In this document: one piece after another, positions 8,532 through 17,919 of the stretch
How positions within the stretch are numbered: position 1 is the first letter of the stretch
Layout of the letters: the number at the start of each line of letters is the position of its first letter
From: an uncultured bacterium
GTDB lineage: Bacteria > Verrucomicrobiota > Kiritimatiellia > CAIQIC01 > Lenti-01
Assembly (NCBI GenBank): GCA_902766695.1
Contig: CACXEY010000163.1
Location: forward strand, 1-36,736
Length of the DNA: 36,736 nucleotides
Reading direction: 5' to 3'
Position numbers and translations under genes: made by a program
Notes under the pieces: model-generated
What the model was told of the DNA's origin: nothing
The model's database searches: none
Seen by the model: only the letters and a program-made list of their open reading frames with translations

Positions 8532-9629
8532 TCATTGCGTGTTCCTTGTGTTTCGGCATTTCCGGAAAATGCCTTTCACCAGTCTCTTCAACTTGAACCT
8601 CCAAACGAGAAGTTTCCAGCGCAATCCGCAAGCCGTGGCGATTTGGAGGGGAATCTGGATGATTTTGGCTTTCCGGGAAAGCCGCGCGTGTTTTTGGAAG
8701 AATTCCCCGAATGGCATGGTTTCGAAATCGCGCCAGAAGGCAGCGTAACGAGGGGGTTCCGGGGTGGATTCGAACAAGTGGCGGTTGAACGCGCGGAAGT
8801 CGTCCCTTGCCAAGAAGCGCCCGCATTCTTCGAGCAGGATGCCGCCGGAGCGGGCAATGGCGTCCATGACGCCGTCTCCCCGCGGGGTGTGGGAAAGGAC
8901 CAAAGAAACGTCGCCGACTTCCCGGAAAGAAGGAAGGAACTCCGCAACACCCCAGAAATCCCCGATAGTCAAGTCGGAGGGGCGTGCGGCGGGGTCCCCC
9001 CTGAAGGGGCAGGAAAAGCACCCTCTGCAAAGCGAGCGGTTGGCGTAGAACCAGCGCATCCATGTTTCCAATTCCGGCGGCCGGTCGATCCCGCGCCTGT
9101 TGTCCAGGCGGATGAAAGGCTTTCCCGTCCGCTTGGGATCGCCGGCCTTGTGGCGGAAATGCAATTCCCGGATGTCCTCCCCGTAGCGGTTCCGGAGCAG
9201 GCCGAGAAACGCCTTCCACAAATCGCGGCGGGGAGTGCCATGGCACACCAAATCCACCGTCAGCAGCGAATCCGCCGGGACCTGTTTGCCCTCCAGCAAG
9301 CGTTTCAGGGCGGCCACCTGGCAGGGCATTCCCGAAAACAGGACGAGGACGCCCTTCGCCAGCAGGGGGGGGATGGCCTTGAAGGCGTCCGCGACATGGC
9401 TTTGGACGTATTTGCTTCCCGAAAACGGTTCCAGCCCATCCGCGAACTTGCGCAAGGCGTGCCGGACTTCGAAGCGCCCGTCGAAGACCGCCCCACACAC
9501 GACGAGACCGTCCCCGGCCTGTCGGTGCAGGCATTGCGCGATGGCGGGGAAGGCCCCGCCCGAAGAGCTGGTCGGGACGGCGAAGTTTTTCAGCGCGTAC
9601 GCTTTCACGGGCAAACCGCCGTCCCCCAT
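8532..9629 (-). CDS. Coenzyme F420 hydrogenase/dehydrogenase beta-subunit-like (FrhB_FdhB N+C) protein
   Basis: Trimmed from ORF 8532..9968 to ATG 9629 (MGDGGLPVKAYA). SSSGGAFPAIA, GMPCQVAALK, DLVCHGTP and CRGCFSCPF...DLTIGDFWG are typical of this family as found in polysaccharide loci. The start overlaps the tagD stop by 1 nt. Confidence 0.75.
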   Translation of the reverse strand: MGDGGLPVKAYALKNFAVPTSSSGGAFPAIAQCLHRQAGDGLVVCGAVFDGRFEVRHALRKFADGLEPFSGSKYVQSHVADAFKAIPPLLAKGVLVLFSGMPCQVAALKRLLEGKQVPADSLLTVDLVCHGTPRRDLWKAFLGLLRNRYGEDIRELHFRHKAGDPKRTGKPFIRLDNRRGIDRPPELETWMRWFYANRSLCRGCFSCPFRGDPAARPSDLTIGDFWGVAEFLPSFREVGDVSLVLSHTPRGDGVMDAIARSGGILLEECGRFLARDDFRAFNRHLFESTPEPPRYAAFWRDFETMPFGEFFQKHARLSRKAKIIQIPLQIATACGLRWKLLVWRFKLKRLVKGIFRKCRNTRNTQ

Positions 9630-10057
9630 CAATCTTTGTTGAGTTTGTGCAACACGTCCGACAGCAGCGTGGAGGAGATGCCGGCCGTGTGGGGGAGAAA
9701 GACGACATCGACGCCGACTTCGGAGAATTGCTTCACGATGGCGTTGTACATGTCGGAGTCCTTCCAGTCGGACCCGTGGAAGAGGGCGTTGAACTTGAGC
9801 TGTTCCCAAGCCTTGAACTTGTCCATGGAGGTCTGGGGGACGACTTCGTCGACATACTTGATGGCACCGACGATGGCAAAGCGCTCCTCGAAGGGGATGA
9901 TGGGGGTCTTTTTCTTGTAGTCCTGGACGAGGGCGTCCGTGCTGACCCCGACGATGAGGTGTTCGCACTGGGCCTTGGCGCGTTTGAGGATGTTGAGATG
10001 GCCGACATGGAACATGTCGAACACGCCGGTCGTGTAGCCTATGTTGTATTGTTTCAT
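9629..10057 (-). CDS. tagD: Glycerol-3-phosphate cytidylyltransferase (makes CDP-glycerol)
   Basis: MKQYNIGYTTGVFDMFHVGHLNILKRAK carries the HxGH motif, and HTAGISSTLL matches RTxGISTT. Size is ~142 aa. ATG 10057 has GGAGGA 8 nt upstream. Confidence 0.9.
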   Translation of the reverse strand: MKQYNIGYTTGVFDMFHVGHLNILKRAKAQCEHLIVGVSTDALVQDYKKKTPIIPFEERFAIVGAIKYVDEVVPQTSMDKFKAWEQLKFNALFHGSDWKDSDMYNAIVKQFSEVGVDVVFLPHTAGISSTLLSDVLHKLNKD

Positions 10058-10076
10058 GAGTCGGTCCTCCACAGCT

Positions 10077-11528
10077 TCATGGTTGTTTTCTTTTTGCCCT
10101 GCTGCGCAGCATGTTCAAGGCGTAGGTGAAGTTGTCGTTGCGGAAAAGGACGGAGCCTGCAACGTAGAAGGCCAATCCGAAGAGGCATTGCAGGCACAGC
10201 AGCGGCAGCATGGGGAGTTCCAGGAACGACAAGGCGAACACACCCGCCCCCATGGCCAGCGCCAGGAATGCGCTTTTTGCGATGTCCCAGAACTGGGCGG
10301 CGTAGCCGTAATTCAAGATCGTCCGGTTGGGGGCGATGTTGACCGCCGTCGAAAACAAATTGAACACCACGGCGCTCCAGGCAACGCCGACCACCCCGAA
10401 GCGGACGCTGGCAAGCAACACCGCCAGGCCGACCCCTTTTTTCAAAAGGTCCATCTTGAGGAGCAACCCGCTCCGTCCGCTGGCCTTGATGACGCACACG
10501 TTGATGTATTGGAGAGGCCTCCACATGTAGGCCAGGCAAGAAATTTGCAAAAAGACGACGGAAGGAAGCCATTTTTCCGTGAGCAACACCAGAACGAGGG
10601 GTTTTGCGACGGCAATGAGCCCGATCATGACGGGGAAAACCAGGTAGGTGCTCAATCCAATCATCCGGCGGGTCATGTTGCGCATGGCCGCCTGGTTGTC
10701 GTTGCATTGCGCCAAGGCCGGGAAGAGAACCGTTTGCAGGGTCGGGTCCAAGATGGTCATGGAAAGCCGCGGGAAGTGGTTTCCGTTGTTGTAATAGGCC
10801 AAATCGCTGGGGGAGAACTGCCGGGCGATGACCAGGCTGCGCAAGCGGCTGTACACGGTGTCGAGCAACCCGACGCCCAGGATTTTCCATCCGTAGTCGT
10901 AGATTTTCCGGAGGCGGTGGAAGGAGAAGACTCTGAGGGGACGCCAGCCGACGATGATCCAGAGGCAGACGGTATCGCAAACCACGTTGCCCAGGTACTG
11001 TGCGACCAAGGCCCAGACCCCGCAACCGCCATACGCCATGGCAACGGCGAGAATTCCGGAAAGGACCGTTCCAATCGATGTGGAAATGAAGAATTTCCGG
11101 AACAACATGTGCTTGGAAACGTAGGCGTGCTGGACGGAATTGACGGCCGCGATGGGGATCCTGAGCGCCAGTACCCGCAAGACGGGGACGATCAGCGGGT
11201 TCTTGAAAAAGACCGCGACCCCCGGGGCGGCGAAAAAAACACCCGCGTAAACAAGCCAGGAAAGAGCGATCCCGAAGTAAAAACAGGTCGAAAAATCGAT
11301 GTTGTCGGAATTCTTGTTCGCAATGAGGGAGTTCCCGAATCCGTACGTGACGAACACGTCGAGGATGGTGATCAGGACAACGGACAACGCGACCAGGCCG
11401 TATTCCTCCGGCAGGAGAAGCCGCGCCAGGATGACGGAGATGGCAAAATTGACGCCGGTCGCACCAATGCGTTCCAGCATCTTGTAAAAGAAGCCGGAAA
11501 GCGTTTTTGCCTTGAGGGATTTTTCCAT
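10077..11528 (-). CDS. wzx: Wzx-type oligosaccharide flippase (MOP superfamily polysaccharide biosynthesis protein)
   Basis: Trimmed from ORF 10077..11882 to ATG 11528 (MEKSLKAKTLSGFFYKMLERIG). 483 aa, about 12-14 TM helices, LLLPEEYG motif. Confidence 0.85.
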   Translation of the reverse strand: MEKSLKAKTLSGFFYKMLERIGATGVNFAISVILARLLLPEEYGLVALSVVLITILDVFVTYGFGNSLIANKNSDNIDFSTCFYFGIALSWLVYAGVFFAAPGVAVFFKNPLIVPVLRVLALRIPIAAVNSVQHAYVSKHMLFRKFFISTSIGTVLSGILAVAMAYGGCGVWALVAQYLGNVVCDTVCLWIIVGWRPLRVFSFHRLRKIYDYGWKILGVGLLDTVYSRLRSLVIARQFSPSDLAYYNNGNHFPRLSMTILDPTLQTVLFPALAQCNDNQAAMRNMTRRMIGLSTYLVFPVMIGLIAVAKPLVLVLLTEKWLPSVVFLQISCLAYMWRPLQYINVCVIKASGRSGLLLKMDLLKKGVGLAVLLASVRFGVVGVAWSAVVFNLFSTAVNIAPNRTILNYGYAAQFWDIAKSAFLALAMGAGVFALSFLELPMLPLLCLQCLFGLAFYVAGSVLFRNDNFTYALNMLRSRAKRKQP

Positions 11529-11529
11529 G

Positions 11530-12582
11530 TCACTTGTTTTTTGGGGACTTCCCGAAGAACATTTCGCCCGAAAGGTCGGGTTCCGGGAACCGGGAGAAAT
11601 CAAAGAGGTACTCGGGCAATTCGCGTTCGATGAACGAGACGTCTTCGGCGAATTGGGGGAACCGCCTGAACACCTGGGTGTTGGCCATGGAGAGGGCGGG
11701 GTCGAAAATCGATTTCGGCGCGGGATTGTCCGGGAGATGGAGGAAGTCGCGGATTTTCCGCGTGGCCGCGTCATAATCGTAGACCATTTCTTCGAAGCGG
11801 AGGCGGAGGACACGTTCGTGCGGATGTTGACAGGGTTGTCCGTCCCGCAACAGGCGGTAGTATTTGACAAAATCACGGACATTGCCCGTCGGCATGAAAC
11901 GGTTGTTCTGCATCTCGAGGAGTTTCGTCTTCGCGAACACGTAATTGTCCCTGGGATCCCGATCGACGACGATGGCCACGGGGTCGTCGAAGAACGGGAA
12001 ACAGACCATGGGGTTGTTGCCGTCGAACGGTTGGTCCAGCACGATGTTTTTCGAGAAGTCGGCCCCCATTTCCTTCAACAGCGAGCGGGTGAATTTCCGG
12101 GCCGCTTCATGGAAGTTCGTAGGGGCGATGGACAGAGGCAGACGCACCATGGGCCAGCCTTCGAACGTGCGGTGGAGACGGGATTCGAGAAACGGACGCA
12201 ACTTGTGGTACCAAATCCGCTGGCCGACCAGGCGGTTCCAGAAACCCACTTCGCCGTACGGCTTGCCCAACCAGGAAACCTGGACAAGGGAATCGATGAA
12301 TTCGTCCGCGAGTTCGACGATGCGCGAAAGCGGAACCCCCGTCTTCCGGGAAAGATACCTGCTTTGCGCCATCAATTTCCGGAACCGGCCGATGCCATAG
12401 ATGCTGTCCAGGATCCGCGTGTGGGGATGCATCAGGTGGTGTTCGAGATCCGCAAGGCCGTCCGGGAGGTAGGCCAAATGGAATTCCAGTTTGTCGAAAA
12501 CGCAATTTTCGGAAAATTCCTTCAAGTAGTCCGACACGGCACTCGACCCCGTCGAACCGAAACCGCAAACGCCAATCAACAT
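11530..12582 (-). CDS. Putative sulfotransferase-like protein (function tentative)
   Basis: Trimmed to ATG 12582, preceded by AAGGAG with a 6-nt spacer. The N-terminal loop GFGSTGSS resembles a 5'-phosphosulfate-binding loop. VVDRDPRDNYVF resembles the 3'-phosphate-binding R(D/N)PxD motif. The coding call is strong, but the family call is motif-level only. Confidence 0.4.
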   Translation of the reverse strand: MLIGVCGFGSTGSSAVSDYLKEFSENCVFDKLEFHLAYLPDGLADLEHHLMHPHTRILDSIYGIGRFRKLMAQSRYLSRKTGVPLSRIVELADEFIDSLVQVSWLGKPYGEVGFWNRLVGQRIWYHKLRPFLESRLHRTFEGWPMVRLPLSIAPTNFHEAARKFTRSLLKEMGADFSKNIVLDQPFDGNNPMVCFPFFDDPVAIVVDRDPRDNYVFAKTKLLEMQNNRFMPTGNVRDFVKYYRLLRDGQPCQHPHERVLRLRFEEMVYDYDAATRKIRDFLHLPDNPAPKSIFDPALSMANTQVFRRFPQFAEDVSFIERELPEYLFDFSRFPEPDLSGEMFFGKSPKNK

Positions 12583-13940
12583 GTTCCACTCCTTTTGTCC
12601 AACGTATCCAATGCATTCCGGGCCAGACCCCGGGGGACCGGCGACCGTTCCCTGCCCGCGTCCGCAAGCAAGGAAACCAACAAGGGTGCCGTGACGAACA
12701 ATTGCGTGGCAACCGAAGCATTGAGCGGATTCCCCACGAACGCCCGGAGTACGAACATGACATAAAACACCATCAGCCGGGCGCGCAACGGATGGCGGGG
12801 AGGAAGGCCCGAAATCTCCAAAACGGTAACGGAGATCCGGTGCAACAACCAAACGAAGACGGCACCTCCGAGCAGACCGTAACGGGCGAGCGTATCGAAG
12901 ACAAGGCTGTGGTTCCCGGCCGACAATTCAAAAGCGGTGAGCCGGTGGGCTCCGACGCCAAACAGGAAAGAAGTGCCCGACTGCAGAAATGTGTCGATGC
13001 TCGCCTGGATCAATTGGATTCTTAAGGCCAAAGACCCCCCTACCATGCCCAAGTCGCTGGTTTGCAGAAAAAGCAACAGATGGTTGATTCGCGAGTAGAG
13101 CCGCGGTTGGTTTTCAAAGAGCGAACCCAATCCCGACAAAACAACTTCCGCTCCGCCCCCAAAAAGCATGATCGCCGCCGCAAGCAGGAGACACAGGGGG
13201 CCGACCAAGGCCTGCGGCCTCTCCAAACGGAATACGGAATCGGGCAACCCCAAAAGGATCAGCAACGCCATTCCCAAAAAGAACGTGATGCCTCTCTGGG
13301 CCACAAAGACAAGAAAATACGCGGAAAACAAAACAACTATCCACGAGATGTGTTTCAGCCATCTTTGCCGGGCATGCAACGCCAGCAGGAAAGCGGCGCC
13401 CATTTCCAGCATGACCGCCGTCGCAAACGCCGTGTCGGCGACATTGCTGGTCCTGCCCTCGCCCTGGAAAAACAGGATATACCGTCTTCCCAAAAGCATC
13501 CAAAGCCGCACGTTGTCCACCATGTTCACGACAAGTCCGCCGGCGGCCAGCACGCACAGCCAATGCCGCTGCTTCGGGGACAAGGCCGGGGCCACACAGG
13601 CCATGGCGAGCATGATGAACAGAAACTTGTATCCGGCGAAATAATACCCCAGTTCCGCCGTGGATATCCCGAGGAATTTATAGGAAAGTGTGAGAAACAT
13701 ATAGCTCAAGACGGCCATGAGCGTTTTCGGGAAAGCATGGGACAACGGCAACCGGTTCCAGAAATACCCGCATAGCACCAAGGTCGGGAGCGCGGCAATC
13801 AGCGCGGGGGGGACGTTCCGGGAAAGCCAGGGGGTTTCACCGACGACCACGAGGAGGCCCAGGATGAACACGAGGAGCCCGGGCAGTTGCCGCCGAGGCC
13901 TCCGGAAAGGAAAACGGGAATTTGCGGCCGGGGTGTTCAT
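12576..13940 (-). CDS. O-antigen polymerase/ligase-like (Wzy-type) multi-pass membrane protein
   Basis: Trimmed to ATG 13940 (MNTPAANSRFPF). 454 aa, at least 10 TM helices with a larger loop in the C-terminal half. It sits next to wzx. ATGA overlap with the upstream gene. Confidence 0.6.
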   Translation of the reverse strand: MNTPAANSRFPFRRPRRQLPGLLVFILGLLVVVGETPWLSRNVPPALIAALPTLVLCGYFWNRLPLSHAFPKTLMAVLSYMFLTLSYKFLGISTAELGYYFAGYKFLFIMLAMACVAPALSPKQRHWLCVLAAGGLVVNMVDNVRLWMLLGRRYILFFQGEGRTSNVADTAFATAVMLEMGAAFLLALHARQRWLKHISWIVVLFSAYFLVFVAQRGITFFLGMALLILLGLPDSVFRLERPQALVGPLCLLLAAAIMLFGGGAEVVLSGLGSLFENQPRLYSRINHLLLFLQTSDLGMVGGSLALRIQLIQASIDTFLQSGTSFLFGVGAHRLTAFELSAGNHSLVFDTLARYGLLGGAVFVWLLHRISVTVLEISGLPPRHPLRARLMVFYVMFVLRAFVGNPLNASVATQLFVTAPLLVSLLADAGRERSPVPRGLARNALDTLDKRSGTC

Positions 13941-14746
13941 TGTCGCCAGAAAGCGGTGTTTTCGTGTTTTTTCACCCGCCGCTCCGGGGGGGGGAGTTGC
14001 ATGTAGTCGCCATACAGTTGGCGAAGCAATGCGTCGCGTCCGGCGGGCGCGGGGAGCAGGCGGCCCTCGAACGGAATGTTTTCGGCTTCCGCAAACCACG
14101 CTTTGGGGAAATGCTCCTTGGAAAGATAGGTGAACAAGGAGACGTTCCCGACGAAATCCGAGGCTTCATAGTCCAAACGGGTCGCGAGGGAGATGATTTT
14201 CTCCTTCCAGCGGTTGTATCCGGTCAAGCGCATGGGGTAGTAGGCCAAAGCGGAGGCGACCGTGGCCGAAAGGGTCTTCCTTGTCTTCATCTTGCGGGAG
14301 GTCAGGCAGACGAGGTAATGGGGGGGGACCATTTTCCTTGTGAATGCGGCGAACGAGGCCGGGGATTCCGGGACGCCATCCAAGGGGAAAACGTCCAGGT
14401 TGACGCCCAGGACGTTCGTGAGCATCCATCGCTCCTGCAGACAGGTCCGGGTGTCCGAGAATTTGGCGAAGGGATAGATGTAATCGGGGTTGTCCGGAGT
14501 CATCAGCGCGCAATGGTCCGCGACGGGGCGTCCCGAACAGAGGGAGCAGAGGCGGTCGTAGTCCGGCCGGGGCATGGCGAGGTCGATGTCGTCATCCCAC
14601 GGGATGTAGCCTTGGTGCCGGACGGCGCCCAACAGGGTCCCGTAGGCCAGGAAAAAGCGCAATCCGTTGTCGGCGCACAGCGCGGCGAAGGCGTCCAGCA
14701 ACCCGAGTTGGACGTCCTTGATTTCAGGGGATGTCATCGCACGCAT
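13937..14746 (-). CDS. LicD-family phosphotransferase (CDP-alcohol-dependent)
   Basis: FLAYGTLLGAVRHQGYIPWDDDIDLAMPRPDY is the LicD signature with its DxD. ATG 14746 is preceded by GGAG. Confidence 0.85.
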   Translation of the reverse strand: MRAMTSPEIKDVQLGLLDAFAALCADNGLRFFLAYGTLLGAVRHQGYIPWDDDIDLAMPRPDYDRLCSLCSGRPVADHCALMTPDNPDYIYPFAKFSDTRTCLQERWMLTNVLGVNLDVFPLDGVPESPASFAAFTRKMVPPHYLVCLTSRKMKTRKTLSATVASALAYYPMRLTGYNRWKEKIISLATRLDYEASDFVGNVSLFTYLSKEHFPKAWFAEAENIPFEGRLLPAPAGRDALLRQLYGDYMQLPPPERRVKKHENTAFWRQ

Positions 14747-15911
14747 GGTTTTTCTCCGTTCCGGCGCCGGCGAGGGGACAGCCGGAGAGGTACCAATTCT
14801 CCAGGCGCGGGGCCTCGACGGCAATGTCATAACCTGCTTTGCGGACGCATTCAAGCTGGTTTTTCCGCGATGAAAGATCCGCCGAACAGATCGCGGCGGC
14901 CCAACGGGCATCGGATTCTTCCAGGGGGAGAAACGACACCAGGCCCGTCACGTCGGCGGCGGAGGGGACCACGTCCTTGGATGCGAAGCATGGAAGGCCG
15001 GCCGTCTGGGCCGCGATCAACACCATTCCAAGTCCCTCGTGCAAGGAGGGGAGCACGAACACGTCGGCCGCCTGGAGATAGTCGGGGACGTCGGGCGATT
15101 CCCCGACGAAAACAACGGCATGGCCGAGTTCCGCTTCCGCGACCTGCCGGCGGATTTCTTCCTGGAGTTCCCCCTTGCCCACCAGCAGGAGCCTGGCTTC
15201 GGGGCGGATTTTCAGGACTTCCCGGAAAATCCGGATGAGGCGGGCATGGTTTTTCTGGCCGGCGAAACGGCCGACGTGCAGGAGGACGAAGGCCTCGTCC
15301 GGCAATCCGAGCTCGGCCCTGAACTCGCGCCGGCGCGCGGGGTCGAAGGCAAAACGGCCGATTTCGATGGCATTCGGCAGCAGCCGGTAGCCCGGGGAGC
15401 GGGTCGCCGACGCAAAGACATAGCGTCCGGCCATGTCGGAACAGGCGAATTGGCGGGTGGAGAGGAGGGTGGTCAGCCATCCGAAAACCCGGGCGCGCCA
15501 CCTGGCGAATCCATGGAGGATGAACGCGTCGTGGCTGTGGGCGATGCGGATCCGGACGCCACAGGACCAGGCCGCGAGGAGATGGACGAAAGATTTGCTT
15601 GTGAAGTGGGCGTGGACAACCCGGTACCCCCCCCGTTTGATGATCCGGCGGACGGCGAAGAAGTTCCGGACGACGCGGTTGAAGCGCGGCAGATGGTAGA
15701 CGCGGGAGCCGCGTGCCAGGAAACGTTTTTCAAGCATGCCGCATTCGGCGACATGGACGATGAAATCGAAAGCGATGTCATCTCCCTTGAAATGCGAGAA
15801 ATAGTTGTAGACGACCTGGGCATCCCCGCCACTGCGCAGGGCGGGGAGCATGTGCAAAACCCTCAGCACGGGGCGTTCCCGGGAATCGGGGGAAGCCATG
15901 CCGGCGTTCAT
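14724..15911 (-). CDS. Glycosyltransferase family 4 (GT-B, Glycos_transf_1)
   Basis: VGRFAGQKNH..., LLLVGKGEL, FVLPSLHEGLGMVLIAAQTAGLPCFAS (EX7E region). ATGA overlap with the upstream GT4. Confidence 0.9.
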   Translation of the reverse strand: MNAGMASPDSRERPVLRVLHMLPALRSGGDAQVVYNYFSHFKGDDIAFDFIVHVAECGMLEKRFLARGSRVYHLPRFNRVVRNFFAVRRIIKRGGYRVVHAHFTSKSFVHLLAAWSCGVRIRIAHSHDAFILHGFARWRARVFGWLTTLLSTRQFACSDMAGRYVFASATRSPGYRLLPNAIEIGRFAFDPARRREFRAELGLPDEAFVLLHVGRFAGQKNHARLIRIFREVLKIRPEARLLLVGKGELQEEIRRQVAEAELGHAVVFVGESPDVPDYLQAADVFVLPSLHEGLGMVLIAAQTAGLPCFASKDVVPSAADVTGLVSFLPLEESDARWAAAICSADLSSRKNQLECVRKAGYDIAVEAPRLENWYLSGCPLAGAGTEKNHACDDIP

Positions 15912-17017
15912 GGGGCGGCCTTCCGCCGGTAAAACTCCGCCAGGGATTCCGCCGCACCGGCGATGTCGTATCCCGCCGCAACCGCTTCGGCGGCATGGGA
16001 GGTCCGTTCGCCCGGACGGATGCCCAAAACGGCATCCACCCAGGGAGAGCCATTCCGGCCCAGCGGGAGGAACCGGACCATGTCCGTGAAGGCAACTTCG
16101 CGGGGAACGCGGGAGGAGGCCAGGCAGGGCAGGCCGGAAATCTGCGCCTCGACCAGCGAGATGCCGAAGCCTTCGAAGAGGGAAGGAAGAAGGAAGATGT
16201 CAAACGCGGAAAGGATCTTGGGAACGTCCGGCCGGGAACCCGCGAAAACGACCTTGTCGGACAACGACATGTCCGAGGCGGCCTTTTGGATGTGCTCCCA
16301 GAGTCCGCCATTGCCGACAAAACACAGTTTGAAACGGTCTGAATGCTCCAGGAGGCGGTTCAGGAGGCGGAGCATGAACACATGGTTCTTCTGGGGACGG
16401 AAACTGCCCACATGCCCGAGCAGGATTTCGTCCGGGGCGACGCGGAATTCGCCGCGGATGGCGTTGCGGGCCTGCCCGTCAAAGGAAAACCTGGGGACAT
16501 CCACGCCATTCTTGACGACCAGTTTCCTGGGGTCGGAAGCAAAGACCTTCCCGAAAAGGGCTTCGCCGGCGGCTTCGGAGCAGGCGGCGAGGGTGTCCGC
16601 GTTGCGGGCGATGTTCCAGCAGAGGAGGCGGTTGCGCAGGGCGCGGAGGGGGTAGTCCGAAAGCCTGGTGTTGTGGCTGTGGGAGATGCAGTGGCGGACG
16701 CCGTGGCGGCGGGCGGCGGGGAAGAGCGCGAAATCCACCTGGTTGAAATGGGAATGGACGATGTCGAAGGGGTGTTCGGCGAAAAAGGTCTCGAGGAAGG
16801 CGGTGAAACGCCGGTAGGATTTCAGGCCCAGCTTGGGCATGAAGAAAACCTTGGAACCGAGCGACTCGGCCAGGGAAACCATCCCCGGCTCGCTGTCCGA
16901 ATGGACCAACAAATCGATTTGCAGGCCCTCTTTGGGCATGTGCCGCAAGTAGTTCATGATGACGGCGGTGACGCCGTTGCGCTGCCGGAGGGAGGCGTAG
17001 ACGTGGAGGACTTTCAT
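15908..17017 (-). CDS. Glycosyltransferase family 4 (GT-B, Glycos_transf_1)
   Basis: Trimmed from ORF 15908..17755 to ATG 17017 (MKVLHVYASL). VGSFRPQKNH, FVGNGGL, FLLPSLFEGFGISLVEAQISGLPCLAS. Confidence 0.9.
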   Translation of the reverse strand: MKVLHVYASLRQRNGVTAVIMNYLRHMPKEGLQIDLLVHSDSEPGMVSLAESLGSKVFFMPKLGLKSYRRFTAFLETFFAEHPFDIVHSHFNQVDFALFPAARRHGVRHCISHSHNTRLSDYPLRALRNRLLCWNIARNADTLAACSEAAGEALFGKVFASDPRKLVVKNGVDVPRFSFDGQARNAIRGEFRVAPDEILLGHVGSFRPQKNHVFMLRLLNRLLEHSDRFKLCFVGNGGLWEHIQKAASDMSLSDKVVFAGSRPDVPKILSAFDIFLLPSLFEGFGISLVEAQISGLPCLASSRVPREVAFTDMVRFLPLGRNGSPWVDAVLGIRPGERTSHAAEAVAAGYDIAGAAESLAEFYRRKAAP

Positions 17018-17919
17018 CGGGTGGCTCCGGATTTGGACAGCCTGACGGCCTGCAGGCACCCGCCCAGGGGGGGCATCCCCTCGATGTAGGCGGTGAAATC
17101 GCGGTTGACGTCGGCGAACATGGCGTGGACGGCCGCCTTCCGGTCTTTTTCGGAAGGGAGTTGCATGTAGTCGCCGTAGAGGGCTTCGAGCATCTTGCGG
17201 ACATCCTTGGGGGCGAGGAGGGTGGCGTCCTCGAAGGGGATGTCCGTGACGGGGAAGCAGTGGTCCGCGGCGAAGAGTCCGCGTTCGAAGCGGAATTTGG
17301 TGACCCAGTGGAAATACATGAAGCCGTCGGCCATGCCGTCGTACTTGCCGATGAAGTGGTAGGCGAGGTTGCACAGCATGCGGCAAGGGAGGAAGCGGAG
17401 GGCGCGGACGGCCAGGGCTTGGACGGGGGTCTTGGGTTTCCAGTTTCGGTGGGAGATGGCGTAGAGAGTGGCGAACTTCGCGAGGAAATACACCCATTTT
17501 TGGACCAGGATGTTTTCCGGGACCTTGTGGAGCAGGAAGATGTCGACGAAAACGCCTTGGTGGATGTCCTTCCGGTTTTGGGTCACTTCCTCGATGAAGG
17601 TGGTCCCGTTCATGCGGACTTTTGCCCGTTCGAGGGCATCGTCCGCGACGAACCATTCCTGGAGGACGAACTTTTCCGGGGCTTCGGCGCCAAACGCGTC
17701 CCTGAACTTCCGGTATTGGTCCGGAGTCATGAAGATGTCGAGATCGTCGTCCCACGGGATGAAACCACCGTGCCGGACGGCGCCGAGGGCTGTACCGGCC
17801 GCGATGCAGTATTCAATGCCGTTCTTGCGGCACAGGGCATCGATGTATTTGGCGATTTCCAGAATCTTTTTCTGGATGTCGCGGACGGTCGGCGGGTTGT
17901 CCATGCGGAAGTCAGGCAC
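17014..17919 (-). CDS. LicD-family phosphotransferase (second copy)
   Basis: CIAAGTALGAVRHGGFIPWDDDLDIFMTPDQY. GTG 17919 has AAAGGAGG 6 nt upstream. An alternative ATG is at 17904. Confidence 0.85.
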   Translation of the reverse strand: MPDFRMDNPPTVRDIQKKILEIAKYIDALCRKNGIEYCIAAGTALGAVRHGGFIPWDDDLDIFMTPDQYRKFRDAFGAEAPEKFVLQEWFVADDALERAKVRMNGTTFIEEVTQNRKDIHQGVFVDIFLLHKVPENILVQKWVYFLAKFATLYAISHRNWKPKTPVQALAVRALRFLPCRMLCNLAYHFIGKYDGMADGFMYFHWVTKFRFERGLFAADHCFPVTDIPFEDATLLAPKDVRKMLEALYGDYMQLPSEKDRKAAVHAMFADVNRDFTAYIEGMPPLGGCLQAVRLSKSGATR

